Below the pieces are notes generated by a model that made no database searches, had not been told where the DNA came from, and was given only the letters and a program-made list of their open reading frames with translations. Positions 7,431 through 15,857 of a stretch of DNA of 24,025 nucleotides are shown here, one piece after another; the stretch's first letter is position 1; every line of letters starts with the position of its first letter. The stretch comes from a virus (Duplodnaviria; Caudoviricetes): positions 1 to 24,025 of the IMG/VR virus record IMGVR_UViG_3300020042_003772; one strand, 5' to 3'. Both the position numbers and the translations under genes were made by a program.

Positions 7431-9556
7431 CCAGAATATTTATCGAAGATAATGAGTTGGATATTAATGCGAATTTTTCGCAAATGATAAACTATTCAAT
7501 AGACGATCTAAATAATTTAGATAGTAAAACAACAAACTTTACTAAGACAATTATACTACCTGGCACGTCTAAAAATAATCGTTTACTCGGTAATATATTT
7601 GAGTTTGGGAATTCAAATTTTACAGTTGATAGTGCACCAAATTTTGGATATAATTTTAATGCGAGTAAATCAGCAAAGGCACGAATTGAGGTAAATGGTA
7701 TGCAAGTTATTAAGGGCGTTATGAGGTTAATGGAAATTATTGTTGATGGTCAAAATGTAGAGTATGAAGTTGCTTTGTTTGGGGAATTAGGTGGTTTCTT
7801 TTCTAAGTTAGGCGCAAGTAAATTAACGGATTTAGATTTCAGCGCATACAATCACACTTACAACGTTACTAACATTGTAAATAGTTGGGATAATGCAAAC
7901 GCTGGGAGTGGTTACTATTACCCTTTAATTGATTACGGGAATACTTCGCCTGCATTAGATTTAAACTTTTTTAAAAAATCATTTTACTTTACAGCGTTTC
8001 GACCTGCATTTTTTGTAAAGGAATACATCAATAAAATAATAACGCAAGCGGGTTATACTTGGGAATCAAATTTTTTCAATACTAATTTTTTTAAACGTTT
8101 AATTATACCTAACAATCAAGTAAGATTAAAGTATAATAGGGATTTGATTTTTGAAAGTACAATTAACCCCGCAAGTCCTACAATTAGCACTTCGCAAAAT
8201 TTAGTTCACATAAACATTGTAACTGATTTATTTACAAACGTTTCAAGTACAACGTTTACTTATACACCAGCTCAGCCATTTGTTGGGGAAATTGCATTTA
8301 CGTTTAGGGGTACTTATACCGTGCAAAATACAAGCCCAATAGATACACAATTTAGATATGCGTTTGCGACTGTAAGAGTTTATAAAAATGGCTCGGTATT
8401 TTATATTGATACAAATAGACGCTTCGGTGGTTATGCCACAACTACGGGCGGGATATTAACAGGGCCATCTTACAATTTTTCTTTAAGATACCCGCCAATA
8501 CCAATAACCTTTAATACAGGCGATACGTGGAAAATGGACGTGTTTATTTTTGATACAAACGGGGCGCTTTTAAATGTAACTTCAAATAGTAGTGGCGTTT
8601 CAATTTCAACGGCAAATCCGATTTTAGTTACCGCACAATACGGCGATGATTTATTGGTAAACGGCTCACTACCGCAGAACATTTTACAAAAAGATTTCTT
8701 TGCGTCTATTTTAAAAATGTTCAATTTAATGGTAACGGAAGATAAGTTTACCGATAAGAAATTAGTAATTGAGCCTTATGTTGATTTTTACGATACAGAC
8801 CGCACAACCTATCAAGACTGGAGCGACAAAGTAGATAGAAGTCAGGTTATAAAGATTAAACCAATGAGCGAAATCAATGCTCGATATTACGATATAAAAT
8901 TTAAACAGGATGCAGATTATTTTAATGAGCAATACAGGAAAAAATATGTTGAAGGGTACGGCGATTACAGATTTGATAACCAATTAGATTTTGCAAAAGA
9001 CACAAGCGCAACGGATGTAATTTTTAGCGCAGCGCCTTTGGTTGGTTATAGCGCAAACGATAAGATTTTTCCAGCTATTTATAAATTGAATAACGGAACA
9101 GAAGAAATGATTGAGCATAACATTAGGATCATGCAAGCCAAAAAAATAACAGGTCGCACAAGTTGGAAAATATACAATAAAGTTTTGGGCGTTGATACGG
9201 TATTAACAACAACAACGGCGTATGGTTATGCAGGGCATTTAGACGATCCATTTAACGCCGGTGCGGATTTAAATTTTGGAGTGCCTAAAGAAATCAATTT
9301 TACTTTGGCTTCGGGTTTATTATCAAATAATTTATTCAATACTTATTACTCGCCATACTTTGCGGAAATAACCGACAAGGATTCCAGATTAGTAACGTGC
9401 AAAATGAAGTTTACTGAGCGCGACATCAATACGCTCGATTTTACGCGGTTTATTTGGGTTGATGGGGTTTTGTATCGCCTTTATAAGATAGTCGATTATA
9501 GCGAAGGGGAACTATGCGAGGTGCAATTATTAAGAGTAATTTATACAACATACTAA
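7427..9556 (+). CDS. large tail tip/hub protein
   Basis: N-terminal ELDI...FTKTIILPGT, YYYPLIDYG, FRPAFFVK, central beta-sandwich insert, ILKMFNL, C-terminal OB-like end. Confidence 0.65.
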   Translation: MTRIFIEDNELDINANFSQMINYSIDDLNNLDSKTTNFTKTIILPGTSKNNRLLGNIFEFGNSNFTVDSAPNFGYNFNASKSAKARIEVNGMQVIKGVMRLMEIIVDGQNVEYEVALFGELGGFFSKLGASKLTDLDFSAYNHTYNVTNIVNSWDNANAGSGYYYPLIDYGNTSPALDLNFFKKSFYFTAFRPAFFVKEYINKIITQAGYTWESNFFNTNFFKRLIIPNNQVRLKYNRDLIFESTINPASPTISTSQNLVHINIVTDLFTNVSSTTFTYTPAQPFVGEIAFTFRGTYTVQNTSPIDTQFRYAFATVRVYKNGSVFYIDTNRRFGGYATTTGGILTGPSYNFSLRYPPIPITFNTGDTWKMDVFIFDTNGALLNVTSNSSGVSISTANPILVTAQYGDDLLVNGSLPQNILQKDFFASILKMFNLMVTEDKFTDKKLVIEPYVDFYDTDRTTYQDWSDKVDRSQVIKIKPMSEINARYYDIKFKQDADYFNEQYRKKYVEGYGDYRFDNQLDFAKDTSATDVIFSAAPLVGYSANDKIFPAIYKLNNGTEEMIEHNIRIMQAKKITGRTSWKIYNKVLGVDTVLTTTTAYGYAGHLDDPFNAGADLNFGVPKEINFTLASGLLSNNLFNTYYSPYFAEITDKDSRLVTCKMKFTERDINTLDFTRFIWVDGVLYRLYKIVDYSEGELCEVQLLRVIYTTY

Positions 9557-9557
9557 A

Positions 9558-9980
9558 ATGATTATAAAATATTTTGACGAATTTAATGGGCAATGGTTAG
9601 ATATAACAGGTACAACCGGGACGACGCTAACATACAACGACGCGAGCGGATGGGTTGGAGTTCCTAACAAAGTTATAAGATGCAATATTTCGCAAGTTGG
9701 AACAAGCGCACCGACGATTATAGAATTAGAAAATACAACAGGCGCAACGCTTTCTACATCAAGAAATAACATAGGTAATTATCGCATAGATGCGAGCGAA
9801 ACAATTTTTAAAGAAAATACAATGTTTATAATTATTGGCAATAACCAAATAAAAAACGGCGAATATACTTTTATAATGCAGTATAGCGATAGTAATACAA
9901 TGACATTATTTACATACGAGGGCAATACATTAACGGACGAATTATTAAGTAATACAAGTTTTGAAATAAAAATATATTAA
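9558..9980 (+). CDS. small tail structural protein
   Basis: Beta-rich, ISQVGTSAPTIIELENTTG, FEIKIY end; lies between the hub and tape measure genes. Confidence 0.5.
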   Translation: MIIKYFDEFNGQWLDITGTTGTTLTYNDASGWVGVPNKVIRCNISQVGTSAPTIIELENTTGATLSTSRNNIGNYRIDASETIFKENTMFIIIGNNQIKNGEYTFIMQYSDSNTMTLFTYEGNTLTDELLSNTSFEIKIY

Positions 9981-12004
9981 TGGCAACAAATACTGAAGTT
10001 GGAGTTAAAATAACGGTGGACGGTAGCGAAGCGACCAAATCGGTAGGCTCGATTAAATCTCAATTAAAAGACGCGACGGCTGAATTATTAGCGATGCGCG
10101 AAAAGTTTGGCGATACATCAAAAGAGGCGGTTGAAGCCGCGAAAAAAGTTGCTAAATTAAAAGATGCTATTGGCGATGCAAAAGCTATGGCGGACGCCTT
10201 TAACCCCGATGCAAAATTTAAAGCATTTGGGCAAGCGTTACAGGGCGTTGCCGGGGGTTTTAGTGCGGTACAGGGTGCAATGGGTTTAATAGGTAGCGAG
10301 AGCGAAGACGTTGAAAAAATGCTTTTAAAAGTTAATTCCGCAATGGCATTAAGTCAGGGCATTAACTCAGTATTGGAAGCAAAGGATGGATTTAAAAACT
10401 TAGGGGCTGTTTTAAAAAGTTTTAGCGTTGTTCAAAAAGTAGTAACCGCAGCGCAAAGAATTTTTAATTTAGTAATGGCGGCTAATCCTATTGGTGTTTT
10501 AATTGTTGCAATAACGGCTTTAATCGCTGGCATTGTTTTGCTTACCAAGTATTTTATGGATAATGCAAAGGCAGCTAAATTTAATGAGGCATCGGTTAAG
10601 GCAAATGCAAAGGCATTAGATCAACAAAAAATTGCAACTCAAAAAGCAGCCGATGAATTAAACAGGGCGCAAAATTATCAACTCGCAATGGCAAAAGCCA
10701 ATGGCGAAACAACCAAATCAATAAGGGCGCTCGAATTAAAATTAATAGATGAAAAGATAGCGACAGAAAGGGCATCGAGGGAAACGGCTATAAATACGTT
10801 TGAAAAAAATAAAAATGCTTTGGCTTCGCTTAAGCAAGCAGGCGCGAGCGATGAAGTAATAAAAAAGCAACAGGAAACAACATCGGAATCTTTAAAATAT
10901 GCAAACGAGCAAACTGCAAACCTTAATAAATCATTAATCGATAGGGTTGAATTACAACGTAAGCATAATGTAGAAATCGCACAGGAGCAAACGAATAAAA
11001 ATAAAGAACAAGACCAAAAAGATAAACAAGAGTATGAGAAAAGATTAGAGGCGCAGAAAAAAGCAAATGAAGATAGGAAAAAACAAGACGAAGAATTTGC
11101 AAAAGATTTACAAGCGTTAAAAGATAAAAATTTTATTGATAGCGTTAAAAATGAAAATCAAAAAGCCGAAGACATATTAAATTTGCAACTTACAAATGAT
11201 ATGCGGGCTTTAAATGCAAGTAAGTTAAGCGAAGAGCAAAAGTCAGCAATGCGTATTGAAATAGGCAAACAATACCAGATTCAATTAGATGCAATAAATG
11301 CTAAGCGCGATGAAGAGGAACAAAAAAAGTTAGACGAAGCACAGATTAAAGAACAGGAAAGAACTGCAAAAAATAATGAAATAAGAAAAGCGGAATATGA
11401 TAAAAAAATAGAAGCAGAAAAACAACAAACCGCAAAAGAAAAAGAAGAATCGGATAAAAGAATAGCTATCGCAAAAGCAGAGGAAGAAGCAAAAATTGCA
11501 GCGTTTGAAAGCATAGGTAGTTCGTTAAATATATTATCCGAATTAGTCGGTAAAAATACAGAGGCTGGAAAAGGTTTTGCGATAGCATCTTTAGTTGTTG
11601 AGCAAGCGTTAGCAATAGCCAAAATAGTTACAAATTTAAAAGTTGCCAATATGAAATCGGCTGCACTTTTCCCTACAACATTGGGACAGCCATACGTAAC
11701 TATAAATACAATATCCGCTGGCTTAGGAATAGCCCAATCTATTGCAGCGGTTGTAAAAGGTATTAGAACAATTAGAGGCGTTAATGCAAAAACAGGTGCA
11801 GGTGGGTCGGGCGGTGGCGCTCCATCTTTAGGCGGTGGGGCTGTTGCGCCACCATTACCGCCACAATTAGAAACGCAAACAATTAACGCCGGGCAAGTTA
11901 ATCAGTTAGCATCGGCAACGGCTCGCGCCTATGTTGTAGAATCCGATGTTAGCGGGAATCAAGAACGAATAAATAGATTAAATAGAGCATCACGTATAAA
12001 TTAA
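9980..12004 (+). CDS. tape measure protein
   Basis: 674 aa, Ala/Lys/Glu-rich coiled coil, ANPIG plus hydrophobic segment, Gly-rich linker, C-terminal RAYVVESDV. Confidence 0.9.
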   Translation: MATNTEVGVKITVDGSEATKSVGSIKSQLKDATAELLAMREKFGDTSKEAVEAAKKVAKLKDAIGDAKAMADAFNPDAKFKAFGQALQGVAGGFSAVQGAMGLIGSESEDVEKMLLKVNSAMALSQGINSVLEAKDGFKNLGAVLKSFSVVQKVVTAAQRIFNLVMAANPIGVLIVAITALIAGIVLLTKYFMDNAKAAKFNEASVKANAKALDQQKIATQKAADELNRAQNYQLAMAKANGETTKSIRALELKLIDEKIATERASRETAINTFEKNKNALASLKQAGASDEVIKKQQETTSESLKYANEQTANLNKSLIDRVELQRKHNVEIAQEQTNKNKEQDQKDKQEYEKRLEAQKKANEDRKKQDEEFAKDLQALKDKNFIDSVKNENQKAEDILNLQLTNDMRALNASKLSEEQKSAMRIEIGKQYQIQLDAINAKRDEEEQKKLDEAQIKEQERTAKNNEIRKAEYDKKIEAEKQQTAKEKEESDKRIAIAKAEEEAKIAAFESIGSSLNILSELVGKNTEAGKGFAIASLVVEQALAIAKIVTNLKVANMKSAALFPTTLGQPYVTINTISAGLGIAQSIAAVVKGIRTIRGVNAKTGAGGSGGGAPSLGGGAVAPPLPPQLETQTINAGQVNQLASATARAYVVESDVSGNQERINRLNRASRIN

Positions 12005-12009
12005 AAATT

Positions 12010-13239
12010 ATGACATTACCAATTTACGAATTAAAAATAAGTGAAAACTTACAAGATGAAGCACAGGTTGATTATATCGCATTAGTAGATGCGCCTGCAA
12101 TTAAAAAAGATTTCCTTGCGTTTAACGACCAATTAAGTATTTACGGCTTTAGTCCAAAGTATTTTTATTTATGTCCATTAGCTACTGAATTATTTGAGCA
12201 TTTAGTAGAAATGAATGTTGGAATAAATGAGCAGGGAATGTTACGAAGTGCCGGGCAAATAGCAGATAATATTTTAGAAACTGAATATTACGCAATCGAA
12301 AAAAACTTTGTTAGTGTTGAAGATTACAACGAGGCGGTTTTATTGCTCGATGATTTTATTGATTTAATGGCCGAGATAGACAAGTTGATAGGAATGCAAC
12401 ACGATGTAAGTTTTATGCAGAATCACATAAACAAGATTAAAGAATATTTGCCAAAAAATACATTTGCAGAATCTTACAATGACTATCCAGAACAAGCCAA
12501 AGAAAATGCAAAGATAGCTTTGAGATATGCAGAAGAAAACGGGTGGGGCGATTGTGGAACGCCTGTTGGGAAAATAAGAGCGAATCAATTAGCAAACGGC
12601 GAGCCGATTAGTAGAGATACTATTGCACGTATGGCATCGTTTGAAAGGCAAAGACAAAATTCTAATAAAGAATTAGGGGATGGTTGCGGACGTTTGATGT
12701 GGTTGGCTTGGGGTGGCGATGCTGGAGTAGAATGGGCAACTCGGAAACTTGCACAAATCGACAAAGAAAAATTATCGTTTGCAATTATCAGCGAAGAAAA
12801 AAGAATCATATCGGGGGCTTTAATGTTAGCAGATGAATTGATTTACCGCAATAACGAAAAGATGGGCGAGCACTATGTTAAGTTTTCAGCAGATACGATA
12901 AAAATGATTGCTATAAAATTTGCAAAAAAGAAATATCAAAACAATGTCAATTTAATGCACGATCCTGAGCAAAAAGTAAAAGGCGTTACGATGTTTGAAA
13001 GTTGGTTAGTAGATAAGGAGCGAGGCATTATGCCAATGAAAGGATTTGAAGGGGTTGCCGACGGCTCATGGTTTGGGAGTTTCTATGTAGAGAATGAAAA
13101 GGTATGGCAAAGCATAAAGAAAGGCGATTATAAAGGCTTTAGCGTCGAAGGGTTGTTTGACTATGTAGAGCCGATTAGTGCCGAAGAAAACGCCTTAAAA
13201 AAGATAGGCGAACTTTTAAACTCAATTATTGAAGAATAA
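12010..13239 (+). CDS. XkdF-like prohead serine protease with two inserted domains
   Basis: N-terminal IALVDAPAI; C-terminal KRIISGALM, NLMH, MFESW, GSWF, VWQSIKKGDYKGFSVEG; inserts at about aa 39-151 and 153-256. Confidence 0.8.
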   Translation: MTLPIYELKISENLQDEAQVDYIALVDAPAIKKDFLAFNDQLSIYGFSPKYFYLCPLATELFEHLVEMNVGINEQGMLRSAGQIADNILETEYYAIEKNFVSVEDYNEAVLLLDDFIDLMAEIDKLIGMQHDVSFMQNHINKIKEYLPKNTFAESYNDYPEQAKENAKIALRYAEENGWGDCGTPVGKIRANQLANGEPISRDTIARMASFERQRQNSNKELGDGCGRLMWLAWGGDAGVEWATRKLAQIDKEKLSFAIISEEKRIISGALMLADELIYRNNEKMGEHYVKFSADTIKMIAIKFAKKKYQNNVNLMHDPEQKVKGVTMFESWLVDKERGIMPMKGFEGVADGSWFGSFYVENEKVWQSIKKGDYKGFSVEGLFDYVEPISAEENALKKIGELLNSIIEE

Positions 13240-13240
13240 A

Positions 13241-13258
13241 TCTATAATATATTATGAA
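13241..13258 (+). promoter_or_regulatory. putative late promoter or translation-start motif, copy 2
   Basis: TCTATATAATATTATGAA, upstream of the scaffold/capsid genes. Confidence 0.5.
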
Positions 13259-13805
13259 AGCAACAGAAATTTTACAAAAATTAAAAGAACAGTTTGCAGA
13301 ATTGGTAAATCAACCAACGCAAACACCTGTTAAAATGATGCAAGCAACTTTAAAAGACGGAACGATTGTAGAAGTTACGGCGCTTGAAATTGGCGGAATA
13401 GTAACGATTGAAGGTGTGCCAGCTCCAGTAGGGCAACATGAATTAAGCGACGGAACGATTATTGTTTTAGGCGAAAACGGCGCTATTATGGAAATTATGC
13501 CGATAACTGAAGAAGTTGAAATCGAGGCTAAAATGCCAAAGGTTGAAGATATGGGCGCTAAATTTTCAAGTTTAGAAACTGCAACCAATGAAAAGTTTGC
13601 TACTTACGAAACAAAGTTTGCGAATTACGAAACAAAGTTTGCAGAATACGAAAGCAAATTAACTAAAGCTACTCAAATGATTGAGGGGTTAATTAACTTA
13701 ACTAAAACGCTTGCAGAAACGCCAACAGGCGCTCCAGATTTAGCGGTTAAAAATAACTTTACAGAAACAAAAAAGACAAAGGATTATTCAATATTATTTT
13801 CATAA
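13254..13805 (+). CDS. capsid scaffolding protein
   Basis: Acidic; duplicated L(K/S)DGTI motif; C-terminal coiled coil; lies between the protease and capsid genes. Confidence 0.75.
   Translation: MKATEILQKLKEQFAELVNQPTQTPVKMMQATLKDGTIVEVTALEIGGIVTIEGVPAPVGQHELSDGTIIVLGENGAIMEIMPITEEVEIEAKMPKVEDMGAKFSSLETATNEKFATYETKFANYETKFAEYESKLTKATQMIEGLINLTKTLAETPTGAPDLAVKNNFTETKKTKDYSILFS
13592..13654 (+). repeat. 3 x 21-bp in-frame tandem repeat (KFAxYE[T/S] heptads)
   Basis: AAAGTTTGCTACTTACGAAAC / AAAGTTTGCGAATTACGAAAC / AAAGTTTGCAGAATACGAAAG. Confidence 0.9.
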
Positions 13806-13824
13806 AAATTAAAATTTAAATAAA

Positions 13825-14793
13825 ATGGCATTATCATTAGGCACATTAAATTTATATACAAAGCAACTTGTTGAGCCATTATTAACAAGTGCGGTTATAG
13901 GTGCAAAAACTCAACAATTAATTATGGATGGCGGTATCGTTATCCCTAAAGTAAAATCAAGCGCTGCAATTCCTTTAATGGATACGGACGCTGTATTTCA
14001 AGCGGATGGTTGCGGATATTCTCCAAGCGGTACAACATCGTTTACACAAAGAACGGTAACCGTTGGAAAAATTCAAGTTAGTGAGACCATTTGCCCAAAG
14101 AACTTTGAGGCTTACTTTACACAAGAGGCTTTAAAAGCCGGTAGCACTTACGAAGATTTCGGAAATGCTCAATTTTTAGAGGCGTACTTAGCAAAGAAAA
14201 ACGCACGTATAGCCGCTCAAATCGAGACTGCAATTTGGCAGGGCGATGTAACAGGCTCGGGCGGTGCAAACTTAAATAAGTTTGACGGATTGATTAGATT
14301 GATTGACTTAGGTAGCCCAGTTGATGCAAACGTTTCAGGATTCACAGGAGTTAGTGGCTCGCCAATTTCAACTGTAACTGCAACTAACGTTGTAGCTGCA
14401 ACCGAAGGAATCTACAAAGCAATTCCTGCAGAAGTTATGGCGAAGGGCGATGTTAAGATTTTCTGCGGATATGATTGGTATAGATTGTTAATCTTAGCTT
14501 ACAGAGCATTAAACTTGTTTAGCTACAATCCACAGGACGTAAATGCTCAATCATTTATTTTACCGGGAACAAATATCGAGGTTGTGCCTGTAAATGGTTT
14601 GAACGGAACGGGCGATGCTTACGCAATAAGCCTTTCAAATATGGTTTTGGCGGTTGATTTAGAAAACGAAGAACAAAACTATCGCGTATTCTATTCAATG
14701 GATAACGATGAGATTAGAACAAAAGTTGCTTTTAAAGTTGGTGTAAACGTAGCGTTTACAAATGAGGTTGTGAAATTTAAAGCGGGAATCTAA
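13825..14793 (+). CDS. major capsid protein (HK97 fold)
   Basis: 322 aa; GTTSFTQRTVTV, ICP, IETAIWQGD, FDGL; follows the scaffold gene and is followed by a strong terminator. Confidence 0.9.
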   Translation: MALSLGTLNLYTKQLVEPLLTSAVIGAKTQQLIMDGGIVIPKVKSSAAIPLMDTDAVFQADGCGYSPSGTTSFTQRTVTVGKIQVSETICPKNFEAYFTQEALKAGSTYEDFGNAQFLEAYLAKKNARIAAQIETAIWQGDVTGSGGANLNKFDGLIRLIDLGSPVDANVSGFTGVSGSPISTVTATNVVAATEGIYKAIPAEVMAKGDVKIFCGYDWYRLLILAYRALNLFSYNPQDVNAQSFILPGTNIEVVPVNGLNGTGDAYAISLSNMVLAVDLENEEQNYRVFYSMDNDEIRTKVAFKVGVNVAFTNEVVKFKAGI

Positions 14794-14809
14794 TAACAAT
14801 ATTACTTAC

Positions 14810-14845
14810 AAAAATGGTGGTGCAAAATACACCACCATTTTTTTT
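14810..14845 (+). terminator. intrinsic terminator after the capsid gene
   Basis: AAAATGGTGGTG / CACCACCATTTT stem, 7-nt loop, T8 run. Confidence 0.85.
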
Positions 14846-14857
14846 AAAACTTAAAAT

Positions 14858-15397
14858 ATGCCTTGCGAAATTACATCAGGTTATGCGATAGATTGTCGCG
14901 ATAGTATCGGCGGAATAGATGCCATTTACTTAATTGAAAATTCAGCGCTTTATGATGCGTCTGGAGTTAGTCGTGTAACTTATGCTTCGGGTACGGTTAC
15001 CGCATTAACAAAAGATACAGGAAAAAAATTCTATAAGTTTGAAGTTCCAAGAGCTACGGCAATGGCTTCGAATAACATTACTGCATCTCAAGAAAACGGA
15101 ACTTTGTTTTTTACACACATGGTTTCATTTCCTATAAATTCACGTAGTGCAACTGTTAGAAATATAATTACAACTTTAGCCAAAAATCGTGTTACGTTCG
15201 TAACTAAAAATATGGACGGGACTTTCAACATGTTCGGGCAAGGATTTGGATTATTTTTAGATACGTCGGAAGGTGGAACGGGTACGGCTTTGGGAGATCG
15301 TTCAGGATTCCAATTATCTTTTAGCTCACAAGAGGCTGAAGATTATTTAATAGTTCCTTCAAACATTGCGGCTACTTTAGAAACACCAGGCGCTTAA
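14858..15397 (+). CDS. major tail tube protein
   Basis: MPCEITSG..CRDSIGGI, FYKFE, ENGTLFF, GTGTALGDRSG; bracketed by terminators like a highly expressed gene. Confidence 0.75.
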   Translation: MPCEITSGYAIDCRDSIGGIDAIYLIENSALYDASGVSRVTYASGTVTALTKDTGKKFYKFEVPRATAMASNNITASQENGTLFFTHMVSFPINSRSATVRNIITTLAKNRVTFVTKNMDGTFNMFGQGFGLFLDTSEGGTGTALGDRSGFQLSFSSQEAEDYLIVPSNIAATLETPGA

Positions 15398-15417
15398 TAA
15401 TATTTTTCTATGAAATC

Positions 15418-15453
15418 AGCCCACCGTTACCGAGCGTTTCGGTGGGTTTTTTT
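15418..15453 (+). terminator. intrinsic terminator after the tail tube gene
   Basis: AGCCCACCG / CGGTGGGTT stem followed by a T-run. Confidence 0.8.
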
Positions 15454-15485
15454 ATATCTCAAACGTAAGGTTTAACCTGACAAAA

Positions 15486-15857
15486 ATGATACATTTAACA
15501 AAAGGATTAACGCAGACGGTTTTTTTTAATGCTTCGCAAAATTGCGTTTTAACTAATCCTTATTTTTTATTTGTATTTACGAATAGAATTACTCAGGATG
15601 TTGTTAAATTTGTAGCAACTAATACATCATTAACTTTGCGATACAATAAGTTTTCTTTGGTAACAAATAGCCGTTTTAATAACGCAGAAGAAGGTTTCTG
15701 GACTTATAATGTATATGAGCAAGCGAGTAGTTCAAACACGAATATAAGCGGTTTAAATAACGTTGAGAATGGCTACATGTATTTGCACCCTACAACAGAA
15801 TTTGCACCAACAGAATATAACGATCAATCAAACACTTTTGTAACTTACAATGGATAA
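15486..15857 (+). CDS. virion structural protein (Ig-like, possible head-tail adaptor)
   Basis: Beta-rich, 123 aa, NPYFLFVF, GFWTYNVYEQ, VENG; coupled to the portal gene. Confidence 0.5.
   Translation: MIHLTKGLTQTVFFNASQNCVLTNPYFLFVFTNRITQDVVKFVATNTSLTLRYNKFSLVTNSRFNNAEEGFWTYNVYEQASSSNTNISGLNNVENGYMYLHPTTEFAPTEYNDQSNTFVTYNG

Noticed and set aside
15519-15530. Second GTT TTT TTT slippery-like run
   Set aside because: A -1 slip meets TAA immediately (15527-15529), so there is no extended product.
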